DNA from: Atractiella rhizophila
Taxonomy: Eukaryota
Assembly (NCBI GenBank): GCA_021432655.1
Contig: MU271667.1
Span: 1 to 33,612 of the forward strand
Reading direction: 5' to 3'
DNA length: 33,612 bases
The notes below the pieces were generated by a model that had not been told where the DNA came from, searched no databases, and saw only the letters and a list, made by a program, of their open reading frames with translations. Shown one piece after another: positions 10,190 through 22,517 of the stretch. Numbering within the stretch: the first letter of the stretch is position 1; every line of letters begins with the position of its first letter. A program made the translations under genes and the position numbers.

Positions 10190-12287
10190 ATGGGACCGCC
10201 CACTTTGCCCCTGCCGCCGCCTTCCCGTCCTCTTCTGGCCATAGGGCTCGAAGGCTCCGCCAACAAACTCGGCATCGGACTCATCCTGCACTCGCCGCTT
10301 TCGCCTTCGTCCTCACTCTCGCCAGCCGAGCTGTCTGCCGTCGGGAACGCCAGAGTAGAGATCTTAGCTAACATCAGACACACCTTCGTCACACCCCCAG
10401 GTGAAGGATTTCAGCCGGGAGAGACTGGTAGACATCATGCGCAGTGGATCAAGGAGGTTTTGGCGATGGCTTTGAGGACTGCGGGGAGGAAGTTGGAGGA
10501 AGTTGATTGTATTTGTTTTACGAAGGGTATGTTTCTTGATTTTCACGTTGTTACATATGTGCTTGTCGTCGTGACATGCCATTTCTCTGTTGTTTGTGGA
10601 CTCAGTTCAAAATCAGAAGACAGCTGCATTTGAAAGAGCACAGATCTCACATAATAAGCTTACTATTACTTTATCATCCCCTTATTTCTCTTGAAAGTAC
10701 TGTCGGCTTTCCTCCTAAAAGGATGCAATTCTCACTGGCAACCATGTCCTTTCGGTTGGGACCTGATCCCATCAATATTGCTATTCCAAACTTGGACAAT
10801 AACTTACCTCTCGTGCATAATTCCAAATGATGTTATTTCCAATGTCGAGACAGAGAGTGCTTCCTCCCATACCAAGAAACCACTCTCCATTCCCGGTTAA
10901 AAGTAGGCAGAAGAATGTGAGAAGGCAATTCACGGTACTTCATTTATTTTCCTTGAATGGGCACTTCCCTCTTTTTCTTTGAGCCCCCAAGATTATGGAG
11001 CGTGATATTGGGACGTCTCAGCGTTGTATAGTTTGGGATGCTCAAATCTGACCTTTGTTACACCATGGCAGTTTACTTATGCCCGCCAATCAGCTTCGAT
11101 ACAGCGTTATCCTAGTACTCTCTGTCTATGTGCCAATCAACAAACAAAATGTTGCCCAATAACTCTCTCACATCTGGCGCAGGTCCAGGAATGGGAGCTC
11201 CTCTTCAAACGGTAGCACTTGTAGCTCGCACCCTATCGATAATGTACAACAAACCATTAGTCGGCGTCAACCACTGCGTAGGCCGTACGTCCACCCTGCC
11301 ACCATCCACCTCACGTCAACAGCAAACAATCTTATTCCGCCGTATTGTCAGACATTGAAATGGGTCGTCTCATCACCGTCTCACCTTCCCCTATCGTCCT
11401 CTACGTTTCAGGAGGGAACTCGCAGGTCATAGCTTACTCTAGGAAGAGGTATAGGATCTTCGGGGAAACACTTGATATCGCTGTAGGCAATTGTCTCGAC
11501 CGCTTTGCTAGAGTTATCGGCTTGAGCAACGATCCTGTTCGTCCTCCCTCTAAGAACGGAGCCTTAGCTGATAGTCGTGATTGAATTCACAAAGGCACCG
11601 GGATACAACATTGAACAGGAAGCGAAAAAGTGGGTGTGCTCTTCTCCTTAACGCCACACGCTGACTCCTTGAATGAGAATAGGGGAAAGAAGCTAGTGTC
11701 CCTACCATATCAAACCAAAGGGATGGACATCATGCTCGGCGGTATTCTAACAGCGACGGAATCATACACTCGTTCCCCGTCCTATCGTCCCACCTCATCA
11801 TCGTCCGATTCAGAAGACATCATCACGGCCGCTGACCTGTGCTTCTCGCTCCAGGAACACATCTTCTCCATGCTCGTGGAGATCACCGAGAGGGCGATGG
11901 CTCATGTGGGATCGAAAGAGGTCTTGATTGTTGGAGGCGTGGGCAGCAATAAGAGGTTGCAGGAGATGATGGGCGTCATGTGCAAGGAAAGGGGCGGAAG
12001 CGTTTATGGTACCGACGAGAGGTCAGTCGTTTCCCCTTCCCTCGCACAGTCTTCAGCTGAGATTCGCTCTGCTGACGTCGTTAACGTGGACCAGATTTTG
12101 CATCGATAATGGAATCATGATTGCTCATGCTGGGTTGTTGAGTTGGAGAATGGGATTTGAGACTGAGCTTGAAAAGAGTACTTGCACACAAAGGTGCGCT
12201 TGCAACAGTTACACTCGTCACCGGAATCGCTGATCAATTGATGGCAGGTTCCGTACTGACCAAGTACTTGTGGATTGGAGGAGTTAA
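10190..12287 (+). CDS. KAE1: tRNA N6-adenosine threonylcarbamoyltransferase Kae1/OSGEP (KEOPS complex)
   Basis: Exons 10190-10526, 11183-11284, 11352-11536, 11595-11629, 11683-12021, 12095-12193, 12248-12287. Motifs [82 protein letters not shown]. Confidence 0.97.
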
Positions 12288-12516
12288 GTCAAACAAGGAT
12301 GCGCGTAAAGGACTCAACTGGCAGCGCCTGTACCAATAAAGAAAGAGTAGAGTACGCCGAGAGGCATTCCTGAGAATTACTGTTACATTTTGCATCATAA
12401 ACCGACGTCCAATAAACTGATCGACACAACTGGCCACGCACAGCTGGGCCACCAAAATAATGACGAGGACCAATAACCATCAACAGGATAACGTCGAACA
12501 AATCGAAAATAATCAT

Positions 12517-14174
12517 CTAAAAGCTCCCTCGCCTACCATGACCACCATATCCAATCTCAATCTCGCTCTCCTCGTCCCGTCCTGCCTCCTTCCTCTTGAA
12601 CTCGTCCATCCCGATCGCTTGCCTCTCATTCGAGTTAGATTGGGTCCCAGGTCCCTCTCGTTGCGTGAGCGTCACCACATCCACCTTCACCTGCCCAATC
12701 TGCCCTGGGTTCATTGCGCTGACGGCTTTCCGCCATCCAGACGATTTGCCAGATTTGCTCTTCGAGGCTGAACGAGAACGTGACCGTCGTTCAGCGGAGG
12801 AAGAGCCATCTCGAAGAATCAGCTTCTCTTGCAGGTTCAGCACGATCGCTTGCGCCATATCTAGCACGAAGAATGATGTGTCACTGACGAGGCCCCGGCT
12901 CTACCGGAAGCGACTCACTGATGTTGATGGCGAGAGCAAGAACGGCAGCGATTGACTGAATCGACTTGTCGGGTTGAGCCCACCTAGCATGTCTCCGTGA
13001 GAAGGTTACAGGATCACTCAAAGAAAGGGAGGGTACAAAGCAACATTAACCAGATTGGCAGCCGTGACTACCAATACGTAGACCATCCCCTCTCGGAACA
13101 GATAAGCAGAAGAATGGGTGCCAGCCGGTATTCTTGTCGTTCTAAACCCTTCCAAGTTAACGTCTTGGATATAGGTTAGAGNNNNNNNNNNNNNNNNNNN
13201 NNNNNNNNNNNNNNNNNNNNNNNNNNNNNNNNNNNNNNNNNNNNNNNNNNNNNNNNNNNNNNNNNNNNNNNNNNNNNNNNNNNNNNNNNNNNNNNNNNNN
13301 NNNNNNNNNNNNNNNNNNNNNNNNNNNNNNNNNNNNNNNNNNNNNNNNNNNNNNNNNNNNNNNNNNNNNNNNNNNNNNNNNNNNNNNNNNNNNNNNNNNN
13401 NNNNNNNNNNNNNNNNNNNNNNNNNNNNNNNNNNNNNNNNNNNNNNNNNNNNNNNNNNNNNNNNNNNNNNNNNNNNNNNNNNNNNNNNNNNNNNNNNNNN
13501 NNNNNNNNNNNNNNNNNNNNNNNNNNNNNNNNNNNNNNNNNNNNNNNNNNNNNNNNNNNNNNNNNNNNNNNNNNNNNNNNNNNNNNNNNNNNNNNNNNNN
13601 NNNNNNNNNNNNNNNNNNNNNNNNNNNNNNNNNNNNNNNNNNNNNNNNNNNNNNNNNNNNNNNNNNNNNNNNNNNNNNNNNNNNNNNNNNNNNNNNNNNN
13701 NNNNNNNNNNNNNNNNNNNNNNNNNNNNNNNNNNNNNNNNNNNNNNNNNNNNNNNNNNNNNNNNNNNNNNNNNNNNNNNNNNNNNNNNNNNNNNNNNNNN
13801 NNNNNNNNNNNNNNNTGATATTAGATCATTACTAGGAAAACGCAAGAGAGCTCACCTGGCGAGGAGGAAAAGGATGAAGACTGCGTTTATGCGCCTATCG
13901 TTGCCGCCAAAAATCGATCAACTATTCCACGTCTTGGATCACGATAGCGGGAAGAGCGCACTGTTTATCAATCTGCCTCCGAATGTATCTCCATTCCTGT
14001 GGCACGGTTCGCAGGTATTCATACCTATTAAACATAACGTCACGTTCAATTACTTTCAAAGTCAAAGCATTCAAAGGAAAGCATGTACCCAAATAGAGTA
14101 ATAGCCGCAATTCGCACAAAACCCTGCTTCTCGTTCGAGGTGAAAGGAATGAAACCAGAATCGTGAGAAGACAT
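12517..14174 (-). CDS. Basidiomycete-type multi-pass membrane protein (DUF6533-like); middle exons lie in the assembly gap
   Basis: Exons 14174-14089, 14024-13962, 13894-13856, [gap], 13141-13037, 12983-12919, 12860-12517. Product MSSHDSGF..AAITLFGYEYLRTVPQEWRYI..VFILFLLAR and LFREGMVYVLVVTAANLVNV..AIVLNLQE resembles the Y[DE]Y.LT...E...I, R[DE]G..Y and LNL motifs of this family. Confidence 0.7.
13182..13815. other. Assembly gap (634 N)
   Basis: Run of N characters. Confidence 1.
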
Positions 14175-16283
14175 TGCAGGGATCTACGTCGATCAAGCAG
14201 CAAAGCAATGTTAAACTGCTGTGGAAGAGAAGTCTACAGGCAGACGGAAAAACGTCAAACAGGGGCAGGCTTTATTAGTGTGCATGAGTAAGTTGAGGCG
14301 CTTCCAAGCTCTAACGTTGTTAAGCGGTCTCAAAGCTGAGTTCACGAACCAGCCCAACTCTACGAACTTGACAAGGAAGTGGACTCCGCAAGATATACTC
14401 CGTCATTCAATCATGTTCCGCTTCGGGGTGGTCCTGCTGAATTGAGAAGCGTGAACCTGACGCACTGGGCCAAAACTCGACGGGATACCCGGCCGTAAGA
14501 CTTATTTAAAGCAAATGGAAAAGCTTGGAAGGCTCGACTGAAGGATACAGGATTGATGGAGCGTCAGGAAAGAATTGCAATGATTTCTCTCCTCTTGCCC
14601 CTCCCATTCAAAACTGCGTCAGTTCAGTCATCTCAAGCGGAGCCAATATTTCAAAATACTCTTAAGGTCTTCACACTTGTGTCAGAAAGTGAAGAAGCTC
14701 AATCAAAGTTACTGCAATCAACCTGAAGGTCTTCCGCGCCATCCCGTTGGCAATAGGTGGGGGTTGGATTGCTGTAACCTACAGGGAATATCGTTCTTTC
14801 TTCGGTAAGAAGAGTGTGCGTCTCCAATTCAAACCGCACCTTCTAATAGCTTCTATATCCCTGCGACCACACAGAAAGGCAGAAGAACAGCCCTCTTGCG
14901 CAGACGAGAGGAGAAAGCAACCGACCCGGACTCCGCGTATCAATATATCACCTAGATGTGTCGGTGCCATTGACTCCTGAGATCGGTACAAACTGCGAGG
15001 GGGTTAAAAGAGGAAGAAATCAGAAAAACAACAGAGCCAAGAACCTGCCCAAAGCGTGAAATCGAACAAGGAACCGTGTCAAAGTGTTCTTCGAAAGAGG
15101 ACGGTGTATTTGCTCTTCCATGAACTTGCATAGTCCACAGCCTGAACTCACACAACTCCAACTCCGGTGGTTGGGATATGTTCGTAGAATTGAACACCAG
15201 CGGGTAGGATCTTCTGACGTCTGTCTGTACCCTGAACGGAGCGTTTCAACGATTGGCGACAGAGTACCGCTTGATTTCGTCACGAGACTCTGTTGGTCGT
15301 AAACAATGTGGTCCGTTAACACTTATTTTCCCTAGTAAACTTGATCAGAAACGTCGGCTTTGCGGACACAATACAGTAGCAACGTCTTGAGATGAGACCT
15401 CAACACTCCAATCCAACTAGTGTTTTCGAGAATCGACCTTGCTGTTCAAGTAAGGCAGGAGAATCTAACAACTCTCACAGGCAACGAAATAACAACTCTG
15501 TTGGACTCAGATCTGCCGCCCCACCGGTATCTGATACTGTACACTGCGTAGATGAGGTGAATAATAATAACTCTGAATGATTGGCTAGTCCTCGACAGTA
15601 AGCTTCAGCTCACTCGATATGGGATACTACGATCTTCATGACTTCAAGATCACACGTACTGTAAGATATCCCTGCAATTGGTTTCACAGCAAAACTTGCT
15701 CTATTTGGTTGGATGTGATAGAAAAATAGAAATGTGATAATTTTCGCTGTCAACTTGAAATTTCAGAACAATCATGATGACGTTCTCAAATGAAAATGAT
15801 CACCAGGTATATAAACTGGAGGTCCCCATCTGCTCCTGCAGGGTCCCTCTGCTGCTTGGGCAGGCAGCAAAGCCCCAAATGGACTTCTAATGGACTTTAC
15901 GCGTCACTTACCAGTTTCAAAGATATAATCAAGTTCAGTTTGGTTCAGTGCAAGTTGTCACCTTTCCACGTACACGCACCGACACCTGAGGAACACGACG
16001 TACAGAAGTGACGTTTGGAGTGAAGAGCGATCAGGAGTTGCCAGGAAAGCCTTTCTTGGGTCTCATACTCGTATCCACAGGGTGAGTCGTCTGCCCTAGC
16101 ACTCTGGGCACCATGGATGGCGGCCTGACGGACTGTGTTGGGCGAAAGTTGTCCTCGGATTTTGAAGCCCCTATCTGGTTCAGGATCTTGACGATCAGTC
16201 TTTCGACAGCCTTTCGTTCGCTCCTCTCAAGAAACGAAGTCAAGCAAGTCGCGATAATCTTAACGAAGTAACGAAACGACAAA

Positions 16284-19200
16284 ATGTGGCAAGAAGATAC
16301 AAAGTTTTCGACAATCAAGCGGGACTCTCAGTCCATCGCCAATTCTCGAAGGGAAGCGCCGTTGCCTCCCATTCCCAAGGATCTCGAACCACTCCCACCT
16401 ATCTCAATCGAAATACCATCGTCCGCTGCAAACGAGAAGCCATCTGGAAATTTCACTGCTAATTTCAGCGGATCAAGCTCGATACCTAAGAGCACCGGTT
16501 CCAGGCACAGTTCGGCAGAATTGTCCCTCCTGAGCCAACAGCTCGCGCAATTTGATTCTAATATTTCAAACGCATGGGACTTTAACACTTCCGCGTCCCC
16601 ACTTTCGTCCGCGAAAAGCGGTAATGATGAATCGGTTGCGTTCCCGAACTCTCCCACTGGAGAAGACGCTGGCATCGCACCAACGCCTGTTCCCGCCGCC
16701 ACCAATGGCGCTTCTGCACCCGCTGCAACGAACGGTCTCAAACGTACGACCTCGATCTCACATCCAAAAGTCCAAATCCCTCGCTATGTGAGGCAGTCCT
16801 TCTCGTCCCGTCCCACCGACCTTCCTGGCTCACCTACTGCTGCTACCTCTACCACAACGAGTAGCCGGCCGACGTCCCCTACCAACATTATCCCTTCGAT
16901 AACAGCGACACAGTTCACGGTCGAGTCTCCCATTGAGGAGAAACCCGTTCGAGCGCTCCTGGTTCCGAAGGTTGCATTGAGGAGGAGTGATACGTTGCCG
17001 AAGTATCCACCAGAGCCGGAGAAGTTGAAGGAAGCAGAGACGGTTGATAGAGATGTTGATAGCCTTCCGTTGAACCCTAAAGTCTGGACACCGACACATG
17101 TGTGTACTCTGTTCCTCTGTTATGTTTATGTGTGCTCAAAGCTACTTGATGATCAGGTCGGAATATACCTCACCCACGTCTTAAAACTGGTTCCCAAGCC
17201 ACTCGTTCGTCTATCCCTTCACAGGTGTCACGATATTGACGTTGAAAAAGGTGGAAGATGTCCGCGCTTACGTTACGACATCAAGTATGGGAGGACGCAC
17301 CTTTTTGCGAATGAAAGAGTCCGACCTGCGAGAACTGGGAATCAATCAAAATTGGGTCCGCATCATCTCTTCCGCTCGAGAGAAGCTTCGTCGAGAAGTT
17401 CTCGCTGGTAAAATCTGGGGAGTCGAAGAAGAAGAAGTGCTGCCGGAATCCCATGGTGAAGGTATGAAGTCTGGGACCAATTTAGGCGTTCCGGAGGCGA
17501 AGGAAATGTGGCAGAAGAGTTGGAGGAGAACGAAGGGCAGTAAGAGCAGAGGAAGGGTTAAAGGTATGGCCCAGGAATTCGAAAATGTCATGTGCGTCCT
17601 TTTCCCTGCTTTGTGAAAACGAATGGAGGTTGATGGGTGCGGTGTGAATGATATAGGCCGGAGGACCGTCCTGACTCTCCGAGTTCACTCTCGTTTGCCC
17701 GTGCTGAAGAGGCACGAAAGGCGATCTCTCAAGGATGGAAAGACCGCCGACGCAGGAAGAAGAAGGCCCCTGCTACTCCCTCCGATGTTCCCGCCCTCAC
17801 CGACGATTCTAACGTCACCCATCCTCAACACGTTAAGTCCGATTCAATATCTTCGTCCAGCGAAATTTCCTTCGAAGATGATCAAGGAACCCGCTCCGTA
17901 ATCAGGAAGAGAAACGACAGTGTCTCGTCTTTTGATTCTGCGGACGACAGCGAGGTTTCCGCTTCGAGTGTAGAGTTTTCGGATATGGATGCTTCGGAAG
18001 GAGTGTTTGGGGACATGATGGCTAGTCGGTTTTTGAACAAGCCTCTGGAAGGTATCGACTTTGCTTTCTCGTTGGAATCTGTAACGACTCCAACTGAAGA
18101 AAAGACAATTATTGATACACCCGTTGAGGCTATGAAGAAGGATGAGGAAGAAAAGGACGTGGAGAGCATGAATGGTCTTCCGCCTGCGTTGGCTGAGCTC
18201 TTAGCCCCTATACGAGAAGACAGAGAATTCGAGACGTCGACTTTAGGCGATATACCTTCAATTCCATCGCGAACCGCAACATCTCCAGCTTCGATCCCGA
18301 GCGCTGAGCACAACGATTTCACCTGTCCTCCTGCCACAGGGTCGTATCAAAGTCGCTTCATCAATCACCAGAAGAACAATGTCAATCCATACGAGAAGAT
18401 ACCGCCGAATCCGAGGAAGAGAAGTTCGTTGTTCCTCGGCAGTGGATTTACCAAAGGTAGTATACGAGGATTGCCAAAAGGTGGAAGTGGACGGTTTACG
18501 GTCGAGGAGTTGATAGAGATGGATCCAGAGTTGAATGACTTTCAAGAAGATAGTCCTTTTGCTCAAGAGGACGACGAGAGGGTTACGATGAAAAAGGTGA
18601 CAGGGAAAGAAGACATGAACGAAGCGGACGGGAAAATGAAAACGATGTCTCTTGCCTCTTCCACACGAGCGACCAGTACCATGTCCCGACGCCACCATAT
18701 CAGGGATATCTTCGGTCCTTTGGTCGAAGTTCCCGTTTCTGAACTCGAACAGGAAACGTCGAGCTCAAGTGAACCTCCAGCTTATGATCCCGCAGAAGAG
18801 AGTACCAAGAAAACGCAGAATGGCGACTCTCTGACACTGTTGGGAGAGAAATTGGACGGGGACAAGAATGGAAGCGTGATGCTTGTTAGGAAGAGCCACT
18901 TGAGGAAGTTGGAGGCTAAATTGGCAGAGTTGGAGAATCAGCTCGCAAATTCCCAAGATGGTCAATCGGAGAAAGGTGTTGGAAAGGAAGCGAGAGGCGA
19001 AATCTCGCACTCTCACAAACGAACGGATTCCGCCATCTCCAATATCTCCAACGGAGACGATGTCGTCGCTCTCGTACCTGCCGAAACCGCTAGTCGATAT
19101 TCTTCCCTCAAAGGCAAACAGCCTAAGGAATGGTTCCTCGCTCAATCTGATGACCCAAGCGAAGGAGTAAAGGAACCGCTCGTTTCTTCCGAGGCAAATG

Positions 19201-19331
19201 TGTCCGTAGTGGAGAAGAAGAGAGAATTAAACATGGGATGGTCAGAGCTAGGATCTTTCTGTCTCGCAGCCTCAGCAGGAATCGGGGTTGTGATAGGACA
19301 AGTTGTTTTCAGCAAGCTCCTGAGAAAGTGA
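16284..19331 (+). CDS. SAM (sterile alpha motif)-like domain protein with long disordered regions, coiled coil and C-terminal transmembrane anchor
   Basis: Exons 16284-17099, 17157-17204, 17251-17591, 17657-19331, in frame. SAM-like segment PKVWTPTHVGIYL...MGGRTFLRMKESDLRELGI. Heptads LRKLEAKLAELENQL. Terminal hydrophobic helix FCLAASAGIGVVIGQVVF followed by SKLLRK*. Confidence 0.8.
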
Positions 19332-19698
19332 TGGGTCTCCGCGTTCTGTAAGAAAGGTTGATGGCTTTATTGTTGTCTTTTGAGCATTTTAATTGTTTTA
19401 TTACATTCGTCTTCTTCTTTTTGTGACGACCTTAACGACTGGATACGACTTTTAATGACCGCTTTATCAGAGACTGGTTTTCTCGCGTTCGTCAGCTCCT
19501 GTTGACTTGACTTTGCTCATCTGGTAATACATGCTTGCGAAGCGCTCGTTACTCCCATTTGCTTACCACTGCCACCCCTCAACTTGCTCGACTTGTGGTA
19601 ACATCGTGATGAAAGACAAATAAAATTAAGCAAGGTATATCAGAGGTTTGCTAACGGCAACGATTGCATACAAAGGAGTGCGAATACAAAGGAACGGG

Positions 19699-19758
19699 AA
19701 GATTGAATGCGAAAAGATTGAATGCGAATTGCGACTTGCGACTTGCGGCTTGCGACTT
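19699..19758. repeat. Short tandem repeats: (AAGATTGAATGCGAA)x2 followed by (TTGCG[A/G]C)x4
   Basis: Read directly from the sequence; lies in the PRM1 3' flank. Confidence 0.9.
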
Positions 19759-19796
19759 CTATTCATACTCAAGAGTCCATTGCAACAGGATTTGAA

Positions 19797-22517
19797 TCAA
19801 CGGAAACGCTCATCGGGGTCATCGAATGGGGTCTCGAATGGATTCGTGATCCTCCTGTTTGGTGTTACTACAGGATAGTTGCTTGCCGTGTAGGCGCCAG
19901 GCCGTATTGGCTGAGGTTGAGTTTGAGGATTAGCACGAGAGGTAGAGGCAGCGACGAAAGGGTGTTGTGTCGAATATCGGTAGAGAGGCGGGGGGCTCTT
20001 GACAACAAAGGAACTCTGATTCTTCTTCCATGTGGACTCACCGTACCCATTTCCGTTGAGATAAGAGCCTTCGGGTTTGAGATTCGGGTTCAAGGGAATC
20101 TGTGGAGCACTGGAAGGGAGAGGCGCGAAGGTAACACGGATGGGATTCTCCATGGTGGCACTGTAGACTTCTGAGTCTCGCTTCTCTCCCTCTGACTCTG
20201 ACGACGCCGTGCTATCCTTCTTCGAATGACCCATACCCTTGAACTTCGAGAACAGATTCGAAGATGACGATGAAAGTTTGGCGAAAACACTTCGGATCGG
20301 GCTGAGGGAGATACTTGGTCGGGACAGAGAGAGGGATGGTAGGACTCGTTCAGAATTCTTGGTACTATGTGTGAATGTGAACTGGTTCTGAGATCTGGGA
20401 ACGTTGTCACCGATTCCTCCCCAAACTGGGGATGTCGAGATTCCTGTGCGGATCTGCTCATCTTCCCTCCGTTCGTTCCTCCTCACGAGCCATCCATTTA
20501 ACAGAACACCAATCAACCCCATCAGTAGCACAAGTCCCCAGACAGCGATAAAAATAATGAATGTCGTGCGTTGCTGCTGAAGAAACTCGACGTATTGGTT
20601 ATAGATCCGTTCGACGAGATCATCAGATGTGCTGTCTCCATCAGCAGTAGCCTTTGAAGATCCCGCAATGCCACCCGAACCTAGACTAGACACCAATTCG
20701 CTCGTCTTATTCTGAGAAAGCACGAGGGTACTATTGTCGACGGGAGGGAAGACGACGACCGCGTTGTCGTGGATGAAGGTAAGCGCTTTGGATATGCCAG
20801 CCACTTTGGTACCCAGGAGACAGTTGATTATCCCCAACACCGGGCCATCGAGAGGCGTGCCAGAGAAGGTGGAGTTCACTGCATCGATGAGACCATCGTA
20901 GAATGTATTGAGGGTAGTGTTCATCGTAGTTGTGGTTGTGTTGACAAATCCCAACTGCTTCATCGTCAATGTTGGGGGATACAGAGTATGAAACGACGGA
21001 CCATGTTAGTGTTGATGTCATCCTGCACATTCTGCAACGCTGTATTGATATCTCGAGCCCACTCTTGAGAAGTGCCCAACATGGTGTTATCGATCTTCTG
21101 GGTAACCTGCGCTCCGAAATCGTCCAGCTCAGTACTCGCCTTATCCATCAAAGCGTCTTTGATCATTCCCACTGCAAGGAGCTGGATTTGGATGGTGAAC
21201 AGTCCGAGAAGACCTATGAGGAGAAACGCCAGCGCTGGAGGATGGGAGATGTAAGAGATAAACCAGGAAAGATTGGTCCTTGCCTGTGAAAGTTCAATAC
21301 ATCATCCTATTTGTGCGAATAAGGGAAACAAACCTGAGGAGACCTTCGTAGGACAGGAAACCAACGGAATAGCCACTTTGTCGTAATTTTGGTGACCAGA
21401 GGATGCTTCGCGCTTTCGAGAAATGTGAATAAGCTCCCACGGCTGAGGACGGTCTCCTTGACGCCTCCTCCTTCGAGCTCAAGGAACCACACCTCCCTAG
21501 TGGTGTCGATATTCTCCACGAGGGATCGATAGGCATGACGCTCTTTGATGAGCATGAAGGCAAGGATAATGAAGAAAAAGACAAGGATGAGAACTAGAGA
21601 GATGGTGGCGAATTTGATGAGCTCGTTCGCGATATTGTCAATGAAAGACACATCCAAATCCTGCTTTACATTCAGTGATTTTTTCCAAAGAAACCAAGGG
21701 CACAGACCTGACAGAATGTAACCTTATTGGCAGCAGGGACAGGGAACACGTTCACATCAACTTGAAAATTCCGGATGGTACCGTTGATGTCTTGTCTGAG
21801 CGCCTCGAACGGAATGCTGATGATCCGGTTCATCTCCTCCTTCAACTGCTCAAGCGTCGGTAACGAGTTATTGAGATCCACGAGAGCATTCTGGATTCCA
21901 TCTGGGAGAGTAACATTATCAAGGAGCGAGAGCTGTGGGATAGAAAGGTTGGGCTTGGAGATATCGTCGAAAGGGTTGACTTTGTTGATAGCATCGATCG
22001 CGTCGTCGATCACGCTCTCCACGCCACCAATACCAGCCTGAATACCTTCCTTGATAGTTCCAAACGTTGCATTGAGGGCTTGATCAATAGCTTCTGTGCC
22101 ATCGATGAGTGCACTCAGGCTCCCTCGGACTGCGAGTTCTCCCAAACAGAGGTAAAGACTTCGATAGGTATCGACCATGAAGAGGACGACCGCCTCCAAG
22201 CTCTGCACTCCGAGATCAAGCACGAATCCGAGCCCATGTACGCTCTCTTCGATCCCTGAAGCGATCAACGAGTTCACATTATCCGCCGCAAAATGGGGGA
22301 TCGAGACGGCCACGGTTGCTGCAGACTCGACGCCTGAGCAGGACGACCGGAGGGCATTCTTCGCATCCCCTGTCGAGGAATGGACCCGAGATATGGAGAG
22401 GAATATGGATAGAGCGACGATGAGCAGGCTCAAGAGTACATGTGAGATCGGCGTGAGGGTATAGCGGGAAAGCGGTCCAAGGTAGGGCTCGAGAGGCGTG
22501 GTCGTGCGTCGAAGCAT
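19797..22517 (-). CDS. PRM1: Plasma membrane fusion protein Prm1 (pheromone-regulated membrane protein)
   Basis: Exons 22517-21708, 21660-21334, 21283-21002, 20954-19797. Motifs PYLG..SR, C..VESAATVAVSIPHF, FMVDTYRSLYLC, VTFC, WFISYISHPPAL, IINCLLGTKV. Several TM helices and many N-x-S/T sites. Confidence 0.92.

Noticed and set aside
10087..10392. N-terminal extension of the CQD1 ORF overlapping KAE1
   Set aside because: It starts at a non-ATG codon in the ORF track and is antisense to KAE1 exon 1. ATG 10086 gives a plausible mitochondrial presequence.
10755..10785. TPP riboswitch in KAE1 intron 1 (ACCTGATC)
   Set aside because: There is no upstream CTGAGA motif and no P5 hairpin, and the host gene is unrelated to thiamine.
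10800..10812. U1 snRNA-like 5' end (ACTTACCT)
   Set aside because: Only an 8-nt match; no recognisable U1 stem-loops follow.
13018..13845. 275-aa ORF in the supplied track
   Set aside because: Artefact of translating through the N gap.
14200..16280. Short ORFs in the 2-kb spacer between divergent genes
   Set aside because: No recognisable motifs or consistent exon chain. Only a TATA-like TATATAAA near 15808 and a possible 5'UTR intron (16082-16209) stand out.
19699..19758. Short repeats as a CRISPR-like or functional array
   Set aside because: There are no spacers; these are simple slippage-type duplications in a eukaryotic 3' flank.
12517..22517. Mating-type locus (membrane protein + SAM protein + PRM1)
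   Set aside because: I found no STE3-type receptor motifs, homeodomain genes or convincing CaaX pheromone precursor. PRM1 alone does not define a MAT locus.
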